A stretch of 64,000 bases of DNA, from assembly GCA_963668025.2 (NCBI GenBank), contig CAXXTH010000010.1:1184001-1248000 (forward strand), given 5' to 3'. Source of the stretch: Candidatus Hydrogenedentota bacterium. Its GTDB lineage: Bacteria > Hydrogenedentota > Hydrogenedentia > Hydrogenedentales > SLHB01. The translations under genes and the position numbers were made by a program. Positions 61,922-64,000 of this stretch are shown one piece after another. Position 1 is the stretch's first letter. Each line of letters opens with the position of its first letter. Below the pieces are notes generated by a model that was not told the DNA's origin, made no database searches, and worked only from the letters and a program-made list of their open reading frames with translations.

Positions 61922-64000
61922 ATGTCTGACCGGCGGTTGATCGAGGATTGGATGCCGATTGCGGAAATCGGGATTGAATCGGTCCGGGAACGTACGCCTA
62001 TGACGCCGTTTCCAGCTCCGAACCGGCTTCATGTCTGGTGGGCGCGGAGGCCGTTGGTGGCGTCGCGGGCGGCGATTTTGGGGGCCTTGCTACCCTCGTC
62101 CGCCAACCACAAGGAATTCCTGCATATCCTTGGTATTCATGGGGATCCGGTGGCGGCTAAACACCGTATTGCAAAAGCCACCCTCGATGGGGTTCGATTG
62201 GGCAAAGATGCCTATGGCTACGCTCGTGCGTTTAGTTACACGCCGTCGGACGATGACCAAAGATGGATCGAGCAACAGTTAGGCAATACTCATATTCCCG
62301 TCATATTGGATCCGACTGCGGGCGGCGGCAGTATCCCATTTGAGGCTCTACGGCTGGGATGTGAGTCATTAGGCAATGATCTCAATCCGGTGGCATGGCT
62401 GGTCCTTCAAGCCACAGTGGCGTTCCCTGCGAAATATGGGTATCCGCTGCTACGTCGCTACGAAGAACTGGGGCGTGAGTTTGTTCAAAGATGCGTAGAG
62501 TGGCTGCGTCCTTTATTCACGGATGAGCCGGGACGCGAACCTACAGAACTGGAAAAGACATCAAAGGAAAAACCGCTTCCGAATATCCCCGACGGCTATC
62601 TCTGGGCGCGGACGATCAAGTGCCCATATTGCGGCGGTATCGTGCCGTTGAGTCCGAATTGGCGGCTTGATAGTGCGGGAACGGGCGTCCGGCTGGTTCC
62701 TGTGATAGACAATCCCAAGAATCGGCATATCCGGTTCGAGATCGTCAAAAAACTGAACGAGCAGTCGCCGGGGACGGTGGACGGGGGGAATGGCACGTGT
62801 CCGTTCTCCGATTGCGGGCGCGTCATTGACGGCAACGAGATCAAGGCCCAGGCGCAAACCGGGCACATGGGCGAGCAGTTGTATTGCGTCGTTTACAAGG
62901 AACAAGTGATCACCGGCTACACTAATGCGGGCAAGCCCAAGGTCAAGAAAATCCGTGGGTTCCGCGCACCCCGCCCGGAAGACGACGTGCGCGAGCAAGT
63001 CCAGGCCGCCCTCGACGCCAAACGCCCCGAATGGGAGGCCCGGGGCATCTTGCCGGATGAGGAATTTCCCGTCAACACGAACGATGACCGTCCGCGCCAG
63101 TATGGCATGCCCTTGTGGCGGGACATGTTTTCGCCGCGCCAGTTGTACGGGCATTGCACGAGTGTCGAGTTGTTTCATGACCTGGTGAATGAACTCGGCG
63201 GACCCACAGCTATGTCGGAGCTGGATAAGGCGGCGATGTCGTACATCTCCTTAGCCATGGACAAAGTTCTCAATTACAACGCACGGATGGTTCGCTGGCA
63301 TGCTAACCGTGAGGTGGTGGCAGGGGTCTTCGACAGGCATGATTTCTCTTTCAAGTGGAGCTATGCTGAAATGGCTCCGACGATTACGGGCCTCGGGTAT
63401 GACTGGGCGGTCGAACAAACGGGAAAGTCATTAGAGGAGCTGATCGAATTGTGCGGGGGGCATCCTGCCGCCTCCGAGGCCGACCTGCTTACACCTCAGT
63501 CTGAGTCCAAGACCGCGAGCACGCCACCTGTCATCACCTGTGGTGCGGGCGATTCCCTGGCCCATGTCGAGGATGCCTCGGTGGATGCGGTCGTGATGGA
63601 CCCGCCGTATTACGACAACGTGATGTATGCCGAGCTGGCGGATTTCTTCTATGTGTGGCTGAAACGGACGGCGGGCTTGCTGTATCCCGAGCCGTTTATG
63701 GATTATCTGACGGACAAAGACCGGGAGGCGGTGGCCAACACGGCGAAGTTCAAGGACTTTTCGGCTGTCCGTGGCAGCGGCGGCGCGAAGAAGCGGGCCT
63801 CGCGGGATTACCAGGAGCGGATGCAGGCGATCTTCACGGAATGCCGCCGCGTGTTGAAGTCCGAGGGCGTCATGGTGCTGATGTTCACCCACAAGGCCAC
63901 CGGCGCCTGGGATGCCCTGGCGAAGGGGTTGGTGGACGCCGGATTCGAGATCACGGCGAGCTGGCCTATCAACACCGAGGCCGAGGGCAGCCTGCACATC
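61922..64000 (+). CDS. DUF1156-family adenine DNA methyltransferase (3' end beyond the window)
   Basis: Translated by hand; absent from the ORF track because it has no stop in the window. MSDRRLIEDWMP...LHVWWARRPL, motif I LDPTAGGGSIPFEA, CPYC, motif IV MDPPYYDNV.Y.ELADFF. Confidence 0.9.
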   Translation, partial: MSDRRLIEDWMPIAEIGIESVRERTPMTPFPAPNRLHVWWARRPLVASRAAILGALLPSSANHKEFLHILGIHGDPVAAKHRIAKATLDGVRLGKDAYGYARAFSYTPSDDDQRWIEQQLGNTHIPVILDPTAGGGSIPFEALRLGCESLGNDLNPVAWLVLQATVAFPAKYGYPLLRRYEELGREFVQRCVEWLRPLFTDEPGREPTELEKTSKEKPLPNIPDGYLWARTIKCPYCGGIVPLSPNWRLDSAGTGVRLVPVIDNPKNRHIRFEIVKKLNEQSPGTVDGGNGTCPFSDCGRVIDGNEIKAQAQTGHMGEQLYCVVYKEQVITGYTNAGKPKVKKIRGFRAPRPEDDVREQVQAALDAKRPEWEARGILPDEEFPVNTNDDRPRQYGMPLWRDMFSPRQLYGHCTSVELFHDLVNELGGPTAMSELDKAAMSYISLAMDKVLNYNARMVRWHANREVVAGVFDRHDFSFKWSYAEMAPTITGLGYDWAVEQTGKSLEELIELCGGHPAASEADLLTPQSESKTASTPPVITCGAGDSLAHVEDASVDAVVMDPPYYDNVMYAELADFFYVWLKRTAGLLYPEPFMDYLTDKDREAVANTAKFKDFSAVRGSGGAKKRASRDYQERMQAIFTECRRVLKSEGVMVLMFTHKATGAWDALAKGLVDAGFEITASWPINTEAEGSLHI

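Noticed and set aside
62031-63999. Short ORFs listed in the track over the last 2 kb
   Set aside because: All overlap the continuous DUF1156 methyltransferase frame that starts at 61922.

Overview
A GC-rich bacterial chromosomal segment, possibly from a sugar-degrading lineage such as Ca. Hydrogenedentes (a guess from gene content only). It holds housekeeping and metabolic genes (nadE, amrS, EF-G2, an aminotransferase, an FprA-type reductase), an Opp/Dpp peptide ABC operon and a sugar ABC operon. There are several glycoside hydrolases: GH51 broken by two in-frame stops, GH38, GH78, and GH106 split by an ISKra4-family IS with an 8-bp target duplication. A tRNA-Ile2(CAT) is followed by a DUF499/DUF1156 restriction-like defence operon that runs off the window end. 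The most unusual signal is non-coding: a family of long inverted repeats whose arms are built from three short units spaced 8-10 nt apart. Two copies sit directly behind a GxxExxY nuclease-like gene inserted in the opp operon, and related copies are scattered across the window. Also noted: GTRG- and CGTC-type REP-like palindromes, a membrane-anchored JAB-motif orphan gene, a 16-bp operator-like site shared by two GH genes, and a standalone MshEN protein behind a sigma54 promoter. All family assignments come from motifs recognised by eye, not from database searches.
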